A stretch of 63,826 bases of DNA, the filler included, from Craspedostauros australis (taxonomy: Eukaryota): NCBI GenBank assembly GCA_030167865.1. It is 9 parts of 9 records of this genome, joined end to end, with 100 filler letters (N's around TTAATTAATTAA, not from the genome) between each part and the next. Parts side by side here need not be neighbours in the genome. Positions count along the whole stretch, not along the records: positions 1 to 13,214 come from JALAGF010003911.1; positions 13,315 to 19,022 come from JALAGF010003912.1; positions 19,123 to 22,888 come from JALAGF010003914.1; 6 more parts are not named here. One strand, given 5' to 3'. Shown in pieces: positions 11,394 to 22,988 of this stretch. The notes beneath the pieces are model-generated. The model was not told the DNA's origin and did not search any database. It was given only the letters and a program-made list of their open reading frames with translations. The first letter of the stretch is position 1; each line of letters begins with the position of its first letter. The translations under genes and the position numbers were made by a program.

Positions 11394-12326
11394 TCATTGG
11401 TATTCAAATACGATGGGCAGGACGTCCAGCACTCGTTGCCTGGTCTTTGTGGTGTTCTGAAGGATAGCCAATGTCGACACGAAGGTCGCATGGCTGCATC
11501 TCGAACAGAAATCTTTGTACTTGGAAGCGATGTTGTGATCGTTGTTGATTGTTGTTGACGTGATGGTTGTAGCAGGATTCTGGCCTGTTGTCACCGCCGC
11601 TGTCCGTTGCTCACGATCGGAGCTATCCTCCGAACACTGCTCCTCCAATACCAATGCCTGGGCTGTGAGTTTATGGAGAGTCCGCTGCAGTGCGTACAGC
11701 TGAGGCACGATCGATTCTTGATCGATCTCATCCGCTGCCTCTCCATTCCGAATCTTTCGCAATGTCTGCTGTTCTTGCTGTCGCAAACGCTTGAGTTCCG
11801 AGCTGTGGTACCACACCTGCCGCTTGGTTTGGCTTGGAATGTCTCTTCTGTTTGGAACAACAGCAAGTATATCGGGCTCATCGCAGAACGATACCGTTCG
11901 TCTCTGCTGCCTACGTGGCTGTGGCCGTTCTTGTGATCGTTCTTGTTGCTGTTCCTGCGGTCGATGATGATAGTCACCGTCGCTGTGATGTTCGGCTGCT
12001 CCGGATGCTTGCGCAGTCGATCGCTTGCAGCCGTCGTCGATGTGGATGACCTCAAAGCTGGATTCTCCAAGGTCGTACAAACAACTGCTGTCGGTGCTGT
12101 CAAACGTCGTCGGACGGATGATGGTCACAAGACCGCCGGGGCCGTAGTTCGTCCAGTCTGCTGGTGCCATTGTTGTTGCTGCTGTTGCTGCTGTTGCTGC
12201 CGCTGTTGTTGCTGGGGATGGCGTTCTTGGTGCCGATGACGGTGCTGATTGTGATACTATTGCCGTCGTTTGTGAGAGTTGTCGAGGTTGCTGGATGATG
12301 TGGCTATCGATGTTGCTGATTGCCAT
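11394..12326 (-). CDS. Diatom-type hypothetical protein (VxF...WY...VLEEQ...IAxxY family)
   Basis: Motifs RRTVSF, QVWYHSSEL, ALVLEEQ and IASKY match a pattern recalled from expanded diatom hypothetical families. The start is inferred (MAISNIDSH). Confidence 0.6.
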   Translation of the reverse strand: MAISNIDSHIIQQPRQLSQTTAIVSQSAPSSAPRTPSPATTAAATAATAATTMAPADWTNYGPGGLVTIIRPTTFDSTDSSCLYDLGESSFEVIHIDDGCKRSTAQASGAAEHHSDGDYHHRPQEQQQERSQERPQPRRQQRRTVSFCDEPDILAVVPNRRDIPSQTKRQVWYHSSELKRLRQQEQQTLRKIRNGEAADEIDQESIVPQLYALQRTLHKLTAQALVLEEQCSEDSSDREQRTAAVTTGQNPATTITSTTINNDHNIASKYKDFCSRCSHATFVSTLAILQNTTKTRQRVLDVLPIVFEYQ

Positions 12327-13214
12327 GCCGTGAACACTTGCACAGGAACCAACACACAAATCGGGATGGAATGAGGTTGAGCCCGATGAGAGCTGCAACG
12401 ATGATGTGATTGGATGGAGTAGTAGTATGTGGCTGCGATTGTGTGGGAGATGAAGTTGATGCGGCTTTTGCTTTTGTGAATTGTGCCTCTCTGTTCCAAG
12501 ACTTGCTTCTCTCTTGATCCCGTCAAACTTGTCGTTGGCGTGATGGGTGCCAATCCCAACGACTTTGCGTCGGTTCTTGGTTGTCCTTCGTTGCTGGTGT
12601 GTGGTCTTTGGTTGACTGGCCATTTGTCGTGCATTCTCCTCTCTCTCTCTGTGTTTCTTGGTCGTTGCCTCTCGCCACTTGTGGTTTGCACTGCGTTGCT
12701 TTCGTTGGATGCCCGCCTCGATCGGCAGAAGAGGCGATCTTCCGTGTTGGTGCCCAATCAGCGCGAACAAATTGTCTCAATCAGGCTGTTGAGCAGTTGT
12801 TACGTGCACGACCTTTTCGAAATCGTTCGCATCGTGTGCGCTTTGTGGCGGCTGTACACTCACTATGGCAACTTATTTAGGAAGCACGACACATTCCATC
12901 CGATAGTGTGACAAGATGGCACTTATTGGGACCATGTGTTTCTCTGATTTGAAATAGTCCGACCCGCGCATTTTGCTATCGACGTGAAACTCCAACGGTA
13001 ACGGCATCCACTCACGTTTCTGTCCAGGAACTGTTCACACGAAAACGTCATGGCCAAACATCACAACGCCACAAAACCGATCACGACGAAAGATGAACCT
13101 CGCCCAAAACCGACTTTTACCATGACAGACAGCACCACGCACCGTTCCGAGTTGTAGCTCGTAGTTTGCACGTGCCATGTCACCATAATGGATTGTGTCT
13201 GGCACAATATAGTA

Positions 13215-13314
13215 NNNNNNNNNNNNNNNNNNNNNNNNNNNNNNNNNNNNNNNNNNNNTTAATTAATTAANNNNNNNNNNNNNNNNNNNNNNNNNNNNNN
13301 NNNNNNNNNNNNNN
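13215..13314. other. Artificial contig linker (N44-TTAATTAATTAA-N44); repeated at 19023-19122, 22889-22988, 27383-27482, 38953-39052, 49244-49343, 57569-57668 and 61577-61676
   Basis: The same 100-bp spacer with six-frame stops occurs eight times. Confidence 0.99.
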
Positions 13315-15613
13315 CGACGATGGAGCAGACCGACGCAAGGCTTTCAAGCCGGCAGGAGCTAACCTGGCGGAAAGTCGCCGCCGTCGAGAGGAAACAAGAA
13401 CCATGCTGCGCAAGCAGAAGAAGGAAGACGAGATGAGCAAGCGCCGCACACGCACCCCAGCCGCGTCCGCATCGCAACCCGCAACCATGGAGTCGACCGG
13501 CGCAGTTGCGACGACACCAACTGTCGCTGACTTGCCGCAGATCATGACATCTCTCCGCAACCCAGGCTGCACGGAACAAAACAGAATCCAGTGCGTCAAA
13601 AATATCCGTCGAATGCTATCGGTGGAGCACAACCCGCCAGTGCATCAGGTGGTGGAGTCTGGAGCCATGCAGCTCCTCGTGCAGTACATGAGCGACGACG
13701 AAGCACCGGCTGATCTCGTGTTCGAAACCGCGTGGGCGTTGACAAACATCGCGTAAGTAGGGATATTATTGACGACGGCGCAATGTGCGAGCATGATGGC
13801 TCGAAGCAGAATGGACGTACACCTCCATTCTCATTTCGCATGCTCGGATGCACGCGATGGATGTTCAATGAACGACGAAACGACCACGCGTTCACGATGG
13901 AGAGTGGATAGTGATGACTCTCTCCGTTTGTCCTGACTCTTATGACACTTTGCAATCGATCTCACGTCATCTTCTCTTCTCCCACCATGCCTACGATGAT
14001 ACTCGCAACCGCTGCAACAATCTCCGCCACATATAAAATGGAACGGCGACGACGATATCGATGTCGATCACGATGATCTCCACCTTGCAGTTCCACTGAC
14101 CTTACCAACGTCGTCGTGGAGAGCGGCGTTGTCGCATCCCTCATCAAGCACATGCGCAATGACAACCCCAACATCCGCGAACAGTGCGGATGGGCGCTTG
14201 GCAACATTGCTGGCGACAACCCAGCCTACAGAGACTTCCTCTTGCAGCAGCAAGTCCTCGCGCCGATGATCCTCAACATCCAGCAGCCACAGAATTTGTC
14301 GCTCTTGGCCAACGTGACTTGGGCCATCTCCAATCTCTGCCGTGGAAAGCCCGCACCAAGCCTGGAGATCATTCAAGAAGTCATCAAGCCATTGTCGTTC
14401 CTTCTTAGTCGCCCGGAATGCACCGAGGAAGTGAAGGTGGACGCCGTCTGGGGCCTGTCGTACATCAGCGGCGGCGAAGACGAAAGCATCCAGAAGGTGA
14501 TGGACAGCGACAGCGACATCACGCAAACACTCGTGGGACTGTTGGAGAATCCATCGTCGGCAATCCTCACACCAACTGTCCGATGCTTGGGTAACTTCGT
14601 CACAGGCAACGACATGCAGACACAAGAGGTGCTGAAAGCGGGAATTCTGAAGCATGCCAAGATGCTGCTGGAACACCCACGGGTAAGTGTCCCACAGTCC
14701 TCTCCGTGAACTGAAATGGCAACGAATACCTGAAGGTGGCAATGTGACGGAGGGCGGATGAGCGCAATGAATTGCCTGTCCTCTTTGCCTTTTGTTGTCG
14801 TCGTCGCTGTGGTTTTGGCTGTCGCTGTCCCAATGATCTTCAAACCAAACACGATTTACTCGTACTCACACTCACACAAATGCTCACGCTCGCAATCACA
14901 CCGCTCGTCACATCATCACACACGCACCATGCCGCACACCATTCGACATCACGCAGAGATCCATCAAAAAGGAGACCTGCTGGTTGCTGTCCAACATCGC
15001 CGCTGGAACGCACGATCAGATCGACGATCTGTTCGGGAAGCGGGGAGTGATGAGTACCGTGATCCAGCTGGCATCCGATGCGCCGTGGGAGATCCGCAAG
15101 GAGGCATTGTACGTGATCTGCAACGCAGCCACCACTGGCAACGACTACCACGCCGTTGGCCTCGTCGAACTCGATGCCTTCCAACCGCTGTGCGAGGCTC
15201 TGCCTGCCGCCAGCCATGATGAGAAGGTGCTGATGGTCCTTCTGGACACATTCGAGAAGTTCATGGAGGTGAGCACCAGAGGCGACCATTGCTGGGAAAC
15301 AATCATCGATGAACATGATGGAATCGACCTCTTGGAGGGTCTGCAGGAGCACAGCAGTGACAACGTCTACCTGAAAGTGGTTGCCTTGCTGGAGAAGTTC
15401 TTCCAAGCGACGGATGTTGTGGAAGACGAGAACATCGCTCCAGCCATGGATTCAGACGGCAACTTCACGTTCGGCGTGTCGAAGGAATTGTTCCCATCCA
15501 GTGGCAACGGTGCCAGCGACGGAAATACCATGTTCAATTTCGTGGGTCCAGCAGGAACATCAGCGTTCGGTGACTCATCCACCAACTTCCACAGCGCATA
15601 CACCTCGATGTAG
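13315..15613 (+). CDS. IMPA: Importin subunit alpha (5'-partial); exons 13315-13752, 14091-14682, 14957-15613
   Basis: IBB domain (RRKAFK...SRRRREE...LRKQKK...SKRR). ARM repeats (AWALTNIA, WALGNIAGD, TWAISNLCRGKP, CLGNFVTGND, CWLLSNIAAG). GTAAGT...CAG introns restore the frame. Confidence 0.96.
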
Positions 15614-16154
15614 GCAATGCACAACATACCAACGCTACGTAGAGTGCTGGTTGGCTCATCCATCGGTTCCAATCAACTCGTCATCCGTCGTCCACTGCCG
15701 CATCTCAACTTGAGCGAGTTGTTGAGAAGCGCGTGGCCAATGTGCAACACAAGCATCGATCTTTGCCCGCTTCGTGGTTGCCTCATAGAAGACCAACGAT
15801 GCCGACATCAGTGTCGACATCATAACACAACTAATATCACCATAATTAGAATACTGCTATTCCAGTCAGAAGCAACTGTGTATGGCATCTCCGCAACACC
15901 AATGAACGTGCTGTGCATATGTGGTCGTGTCCATCTTCTCGTCCTCACCGATGGCATGCAACAAATACAACATCATTGATTGGGCGGCTATGGAGATGAA
16001 ACGTATTCTATGTTCGGATGAAAGTAAATCTAATGCTGCGGCCGTGTTAAATTGAGACTTCGGATGATCGTTGTGCGTTGCGGATGATGATTGTGATGAT
16101 GGCTGCCAACTGTCGGCGAACCAACCAACCAACTGAGCCTGATCATGACCATGA

Positions 16155-16730
16155 TCATGCCAACAGAATGGACTGCAATCGTTGAGATCTGATCATTCGT
16201 CTCCACTTCTTTGGAGAGTTGGAATGGTGATGCCACTTGGATGACCGTCGTGCCTTCTTCGCTGTCTTCGCTCTCTTTGGTGCGGTTGACCTGGATGATG
16301 CCGTTGATGCTGTTGCGATGGATGTGCAGTCATCATTTGCGCTGCGTTGATCTGTGGATACAGTGACGATGTCCATTCCGTCCATGTTGAGGTTCACATC
16401 CACAGCACTCTCGCTGTCACTCTCACTCTCGTTATCATGATGGAGACCATCGGTGAAGTCGAGCTTCTGCGGAGTTGGCATTGTGCGAATGGGTGCACAT
16501 GTTTGTAGCGATGGTGAATTGAATGCTGCTTGTTCCTCCCTGAGCTTCTCGATCTCCTTGACAAGCTTCTCCTTCTGCAGCTTGATTTGAGAAAGCATGA
16601 CGTTCCAAGAACGGTGCTGACGTTGAAGAGACTTCGTTTCATGTTCCGTCTTGTCCATGCCAGCTTGCATGCATTTTGCAAGTGTGGTGAGGTTGGCGAG
16701 GTGGAGGGATGTGCGTGTGTTGATATCCAT
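16155..16730 (-). CDS. Hypothetical coiled-coil/low-complexity ORF, possibly transposon-associated
   Basis: About 190 aa, from MDINTRTSL, with a heptad segment (IKLQKEKLVKEIEKLREEQ) followed by acidic and then basic tracts. Confidence 0.4.
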   Translation of the reverse strand: MDINTRTSLHLANLTTLAKCMQAGMDKTEHETKSLQRQHRSWNVMLSQIKLQKEKLVKEIEKLREEQAAFNSPSLQTCAPIRTMPTPQKLDFTDGLHHDNESESDSESAVDVNLNMDGMDIVTVSTDQRSANDDCTSIATASTASSRSTAPKRAKTAKKARRSSKWHHHSNSPKKWRRMIRSQRLQSILLA

Positions 16731-17162
16731 TGTTGGTGTGGGTTGGTGTGCTGTGTTGTGGTCTGGGTTGGCTGTGTTTTGGATTGTGTGATGATTGGTG
16801 ATGATGATGATTTGATTTTGTGAGGAGAGGAAGACCACAAAAGATGAAAACGCAACACACCACTTTTGTTGTTGTTGTGGTTTGTTGTTGGTGTCCAATT
16901 TGGCATCAAGTTTTGGTTGTGGAACGGAGAAAACTTCCATCCGCTTCTTCCGATCTGGTTACTCCAGTGAGTCAAACAGCGGTCGAAAATCTCCTCACAT
17001 TTTGGCAGCGAATCAAGCTTTGTTTGTCTGCAGTGGTGTGCTGTGCTTGTTGCATGTTCATGCAGTGTTTGTATTGTCACCTTCTTGCACTCCTCTTGCT
17101 CAGTTCACTTCCATTGAGACTAGTCTTCTCCATCCACTCTTCAGTATCAATCAATCGACATC

Positions 17163-17564
17163 ATGCTCGTCTCTACTGCGAAAGCTGCGTCCAAGACTGC
17201 TAATCATTCCCCCTCCAAGAAGCAACGTCTGCCTTCCTCTCCATCTGATCCAATTGATCCCAAGGGGCTGTCTGTGCCATCCACTGCTGAGAACATGTTG
17301 CCTTGATTGGATATGGATGGTAAGCAGCGCATTCCACCACCTACAACGGACAAGCTCAAGCCTCCTATGCTCAATGGCGTGGCCTTTGACAACGAGTGTG
17401 ACGTTGAAATCATAACCAACAAAGAACAGAATCGCACACTCCAGCAAAAGCGCAACGAACACAAGGAAAAATACAGAGTCTTGTGAGATGGTGGAACGAA
17501 ATGTGAGGACACAATTGCTGGGAAGAGTCAGAGCCGCAATGGAGGGACTAAACAAACAGATTAG
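17163..17564 (+). pseudogene. Decayed ORF divergent from 16155-16730
   Basis: A protein-like frame (MLVSTAKAASKTANHSPSKKQRLP...) is interrupted by in-frame TGA at 17304 and 17484, consistent with CGA>TGA decay. Confidence 0.3.
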
Positions 17565-18171
17565 CATTGGAGTTGACATCGACAATCCTGCTTTTGGCGA
17601 TACCAACCAAGGCACCAAGACACCGAGCCTGGCCGTGATGAGCTAGCCGTGTCTAGATGTACGCACAATCAATGGGTCGATAACAATTAAAATATGGCCA
17701 TAGCAAAATCGGGTTCCACTAAGCATCTAAAAATTATATCTAGTTTAAGAATATGTGAGTAGTATGGTTGAAAGCCCCGTATGTTGCCACCACTCCATGA
17801 CCGACTGCGGGTGCCGTCACACAACCTCAAGTGATAAATCACTTGAAGTCGTTGGAAATTGTCGGAGATGAAACACGGACAGTTGTCGGCATCTCGGCGA
17901 CAGATCCGCAGTAGGACACCTGCCGCAATGGCTGTGCGATCGTATCCAAAACCAATCCAGCCTCCGACTTCTTACCCTCCATCATCGTGTGCATGTTGCG
18001 CCGCCTGTGCGCTCTCATCGTTTGTGCGCTCACATCACTCGCGTAAATTTAGCAACAATGGATTGAAGCACATGTCCTCACATCCTCACAAAAAGCAAAA
18101 CCTGTATTGATTCACCCATCAAACGCCAAAAGCCAACACCAACCAACAAAACAACAACCAACGCCAACACC

Positions 18172-18789
18172 ATGAAGCTCTCCGTTTCCTTCGCCATCGC
18201 TGCCACCCTCATGGGCATGTTCTCCGCCACCAACGCCGACGTCCGCTTGGCGGACTTTACCTATGGCAGCGACGGCTGGGAGACGAAGTTCGACAACGTC
18301 ATCCCTGGTGGATCCTCCGTGGGCGAACTCATGCCGGTAGGTGGTGGTTCCACCTTTGTTGGGCTTGTCAATTTCCAGCCATTCATCGGCGGACCAGGAT
18401 TCGTCAAGGCCGTTGGCACCAAGTCCTTCCCCAGCATCGCTGGCTGTGGTGGCATCGAGATCACAATGGACTCCGTCATCGGCTACAATGGATACTACAT
18501 AGCCTTCGGAGATGTTCCTCCGACTCCCGATATGCCAATTCCATTCGAGTGGCGCGCCGCCATCCCTATCTCTGGACCAGGCGACAACAGATACACCATC
18601 CCACTCGATGAGTTCAGCAATGCCTGGGACTTTGCCACCGGCAAGATCATCACCCCATGCTCTGCTGACCAAAGTGTCTGCCCAACCCCAGCTGTGCTGT
18701 CCAACATCCAGTTCATGGAAATCTGGGCCCAAGGAGTCGAGGGACCGTTCTCCACTGCTCTCTTCACCATCAAGGCAGTCGGTTGCTAA
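18172..18789 (+). CDS. Signal-peptide-bearing CIA30 (NDUFAF1-like) domain protein
   Basis: Signal peptide MKLSVSFAIAATLMGMFSATNA. CIA30-like motifs WETKFDNVIPGGSS, GPGF, TIPLDEFS and GVEGPF. Strong codon bias. Confidence 0.75.
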   Translation: MKLSVSFAIAATLMGMFSATNADVRLADFTYGSDGWETKFDNVIPGGSSVGELMPVGGGSTFVGLVNFQPFIGGPGFVKAVGTKSFPSIAGCGGIEITMDSVIGYNGYYIAFGDVPPTPDMPIPFEWRAAIPISGPGDNRYTIPLDEFSNAWDFATGKIITPCSADQSVCPTPAVLSNIQFMEIWAQGVEGPFSTALFTIKAVGC

Positions 18790-19122
18790 ATTGACAGTCG
18801 TGGCCTCCGCCCTCTTCGAGTAGGGTTGTGGATATGGATCCGGGTGCGCGAATTCAAGCAGATCCTGCCAATGCCAACTGGATGATGATTGCAAACCTAG
18901 CACATCATCACGCAGAATCGGGTGTTGCCATGCGGACCCATGAACAGCTGCAGCAGCACCCGCACCATTCACATGTCCAAACTCCTTGTCAATAGAAATG
19001 CAAAGACCGAATCTTTCGCCACNNNNNNNNNNNNNNNNNNNNNNNNNNNNNNNNNNNNNNNNNNNNTTAATTAATTAANNNNNNNNNNNNNNNNNNNNNN
19101 NNNNNNNNNNNNNNNNNNNNNN

Positions 19123-21147
19123 GGGTGGGCCGTCTTTGGCCAGTTTCTGCTTCTCTTCTGGTGTGAGATAGTTGACGAAGCGGATGCCTCGATCCGTGTC
19201 TACAAGACCGATCCGCGTGGCCGCTTCTGCCCAGTACTGTTTTCCAGCACCGGAACTGGAGCGCTTTGTCGTCGAGAGGCGGCTGAACTCTTCGATGACT
19301 TCTGTGGGCAACTCGCTGCATGCTCTGCTCTGCATGTGCGATTTGTACATGTTCTGCGCAGCCTGATATATCCCTCGGATGCATCCGGGGAAGTAGGAGG
19401 CGCCACGGCCGCGATATCCCAATGGCAAATTCTTGCAGTGGCGGCAACGCATCCCAACTTGACCGTGCGCGACGGGATTGTTGCTTCCTCGTGAGCGCAC
19501 GTTGGGCTCGTGCTCTCCAGAGATGAAAACCTCGATCTGGAGGCGGAGTAATACTTGGTTCGGGGTGAGCCGTTTGTAATCTGACAGCAGGCAGAGAATG
19601 CGTGGCAGTTCGCGCATCTGGCTGTCGACGCTTGGAATTGCTTCGTTGGTGGGGCTTGTGTTGGATGTGGACTCGAGGTCTCGTGAAAGGAAATCCTTGG
19701 TCAGTTTCAGCTGGAGTTCGTAGTCGGGGTGTCTGTACAACCCTGGTCGACCTGGGTTGAGCATGTCGATATCAATCGTGTTGCAAGGTGAGAGGAAGTG
19801 GGGCAGGCCGGCATTTTGTGCCCAGATCTCTGCTGTCGATGACGCCTTTTCTTGTGATGCCGCCACTGGGTCAGGAATTGACGATCGCTCCGCTTCAGTA
19901 TCATCTGCGTTGTTCTGGGTTGATCCCTCGGTGGCCAACGGTGGTGATGAAGCTGCGGATGAAGCACTAGATTGGTCGTCCAAGTGCTCATCTCCCACGG
20001 TTGCATCGCTTTGTGCTGGTTCCTTATGCTCGATGGGTCTGTCAGAAGTCGTTGCGAGTGTTGTTGGTGGCGCGGCCATCGTCGGTGGCGTTGGCCGTGG
20101 CGATGCTCGTGCATGAGGAGTCGGCACAAGCACAGACACAGGCACAAGAGCTTGCGGCGCAGGCCGTCGATACGTCACATCGCGTGTCTGGTTAGCGAAA
20201 TGCGTCGGCGGAAGCCGCCTCACGCAGATTCGTTGCTGTGGTGGCTGAATGTAACGAATCTCTCGCACGTTGCTTGCGGGCACCTGAGCGTACACCTCAG
20301 ATTCGTTGGGAGGTGGGCCTCGAACGATGGAGAAGTTGTCCTGCGTGCGTGCATTCGTTGGTGGCAAAGAATGCATGACGGAATAGGTATGGGGGTGTCC
20401 TGGCGCCCCAGATGGATAGGTCAGAGTCGGCGCAAATGGCTCATTCAGAACGTTCGGCTGGAAAGAGGCTGGAGCTGGAAGGTACAGCTCCCCCCTTTCT
20501 CCAACAAGAAGCTGCTGGGCAGGCATTGGAGCTGGACGGAGTATAACAATTCTTGGGCTGCTGTCTCTGCTCTGCCCGTATGGCTCTGCGAAGGCTTGGT
20601 GATGGAACGAAGAAGGAACAACCAGATTTTCGTTTGCCTGGTATGCTTGGTGCCCTGTTGCGATATGTGGCTGTGCAGCGTAGCTGTATGCTTCGGGCAT
20701 AACATGCTCTATCAATTCATGCGGTCCTGCACCATCATAGTGCTCCACAGTCAGAGACCTCACAGTATCCGAGATGGCGCCGTATTGATTCGCCTGCGGT
20801 GTTCCCGTTGCTGCATTTTCCGTTGGTCTGACGTGTTCGGGTTGGTGGTAGTGGTGTTGCTGATGATGGAGGTACGGCTGGTACTGCTGGTGCTGTTGGG
20901 GTTGGCGGTGTTGGTTTGGAGTGCCTGGGTTTGAATGAAATCGCACACTCGGTGAAAAGGGTGGGGGCGCCGCTTCACCGGGGCGAGAAGCAGCGAGATC
21001 TCGCCGTACCTTCTTCGTCTTCTGTCGAGAGGGGCCGTGTTGCTGGCGACCTTCGGAGCAAGAAGGGAAATGAGAATGCAGAATATACCCATGCGATTCG
21101 AGATGCAGGGTAGGCATGGCAAAGCACGGTGAGGCGAAGTAAGGCAA
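19123..21147 (-). CDS. Diatom-expanded Cys/His domain protein of unknown function (3'-partial; start uncertain)
   Basis: C-terminal domain LTPNQVLLRLQIEVF...GQVGMRCRHC...YFP...GIYQAAQNM..SH...C...GAGKQYW...GIRF, after a long P/Q-rich disordered region. Confidence 0.8.
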
Positions 21148-22988
21148 GGCCAGAAGAAATGAACGGGGTGATCGTTATACACATGAAGTCAAACGGGTTG
21201 TCGCGGACGAGAGGATGGGAGGATCAGGGCTCAGTCAAGCAAGATCCTCCAACACCGGTATCCGTACGAGTACTTGCGAGTGTGCAGATGCAACATTCGC
21301 CGAACCCTTCGCATGATCCGAGACCGTGCAATCGTGATCGTAGTCATCAGTCTTACCATGACATGCGTCCCGTTTCGGAGCTCTGAGTGAAACGCTCCCA
21401 TCAGCATCGGCGTTGGTGGCCATGGTATGCATGCGTGGTTCGTTCCATCGAGGATCTGCAGTCCCCACTTCCGCGTCGACTCGGCGCGCTCCTTGCTCAT
21501 CGTACTGAACGCTGGGTGCTCGTGTTCGTCCTCTTGGTGCTTCCATGGCTCTGGCAACTGGTTGCATCACAATTGGTCTCGGGAAAGCCAAAGCCGGTTG
21601 CCGGTTGTTGGCATTGGCCCTGTCCGTTGGTCCATTCCTTGGCATGTTCCTCATCAGTCTTGATTTGGGTTCGTGCTGCGAAAAGACATACCTCTCGATG
21701 TATGGTCGAATCGAACGCACGCGGAGGTGGGTACTCACGATCAGCGTTGTCTTTTTTCATCGAAAGCTACACGTGCTTCAGTGTACCATTGCTACCACGA
21801 TCTGGGGTAATGCCCGTCGGGTTTTGCCTCATGCGATCAAGGATTGGTCTCGGAAAAGCACGTCTACGTGCATCAACCTTGGTGTCGTTTGAACCAGGGA
21901 AGCGCATCCATCTCGTTGCCGCTCAGGAGCATGGGCGAGCACCTCGCTGCGATCAGAACATCTTTTTGCTGAAATGTCCGGTTCCGCCCACAGTTGCGGG
22001 TGCGTCTCGTTTTCTTCGGAATTTGCGCACGTTGCACCTTTTGTCCTGCGCCGTGCGCGCGATGATGACCTATCAACGGGGCACTGAGCCTCGCGGCGCG
22101 AAGGAATTTTAAGCTTGTGGGCAGGGGTCGCAGCGCCGCATGCAGTCCCCGCCATATCGATAGCACAGTACTATCGAGTCCCCTTTCGCGGACGCGAGAC
22201 CTCAAACCGACATAGACCGCGAGTCGGCCACGCCAGCCGAGGCGCGATTGTCCATGCCCGTCTGGGTACGAACTCGTAGCGTGTCACGCACAACAGTACC
22301 GGACTATGAACGCAACATTGGCCCATATATATCATCGACAACTATGGAGAATGTGCGTCTGGCAAGACATCTTCCAGCCGGCATTTCTTTGTGCGCGACA
22401 CCATTATAATATTCTACCCGCATTTCTCGTACAATAGTACAGCAGTCTATGCGCATTTCTTTGTACACCACAGCAACTTGCCGACATTTATCGAGCGCTG
22501 TTCCCATCGATCAAGTGTGAGCCCTTCAGCGGTAAAGTGTGGGCGTGAAGGCTGAAACCGTGTTAATTGGGGTAGGATGATTCCATGGCAGAGAACATAA
22601 TCGAACGCTGTCAAACTCGCACACCAGAAGTGCTTCACTCTCACAAGGAACCGCAAGCACTTCTTCCAAGCGCGACTGCGAACCAAGAATGCCGACCAAT
22701 GCTCCACCTGGTAGCGGGTGGGAGACGCGTGATTTTTCTCTACGGACGAAAAAGCAACATCCTATGGGAGTATCATGCGCGCAGGTGGTGGAAAAAACTC
22801 TGCGCTGAAGCGCCCGCAACTTTGCCCACGACAAGAAATCGAAGTGATGCAAACAAAAGAAATTGCCTGTATGTAACAGCGACCATGGNNNNNNNNNNNN
22901 NNNNNNNNNNNNNNNNNNNNNNNNNNNNNNNNTTAATTAATTAANNNNNNNNNNNNNNNNNNNNNNNNNNNNNNNNNNNNNNNNNNNN

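Noticed and set aside
13259..13270. Recurrent TTAATTAATTAA palindrome as a biological repeat or CRISPR-like element
   Set aside because: It is always centred in identical N-runs, so it is a concatenation linker. Gene neighbourhoods across linkers are meaningless.
13910..13937. C/D box snoRNA in importin intron 1 (GTGATGA...CTGA)
   Set aside because: The boxes are only about 15 nt apart, which is too short for a snoRNA.
17304..17486. Selenocysteine read-through of in-frame TGA codons
   Set aside because: There is no redox motif context and no recognisable SECIS element. CpG decay is the simpler explanation.
17620..17745. Helitron 3' end (CTAG motifs)
   Set aside because: The first CTAGs are not followed by T, and the later CTAGT lacks a convincing GC-rich subterminal hairpin.
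21150..22888. Several 100-240 aa ORFs upstream of the Cys/His-domain gene
   Set aside because: They overlap on both strands and show no motifs or codon bias, so they are treated as non-coding.
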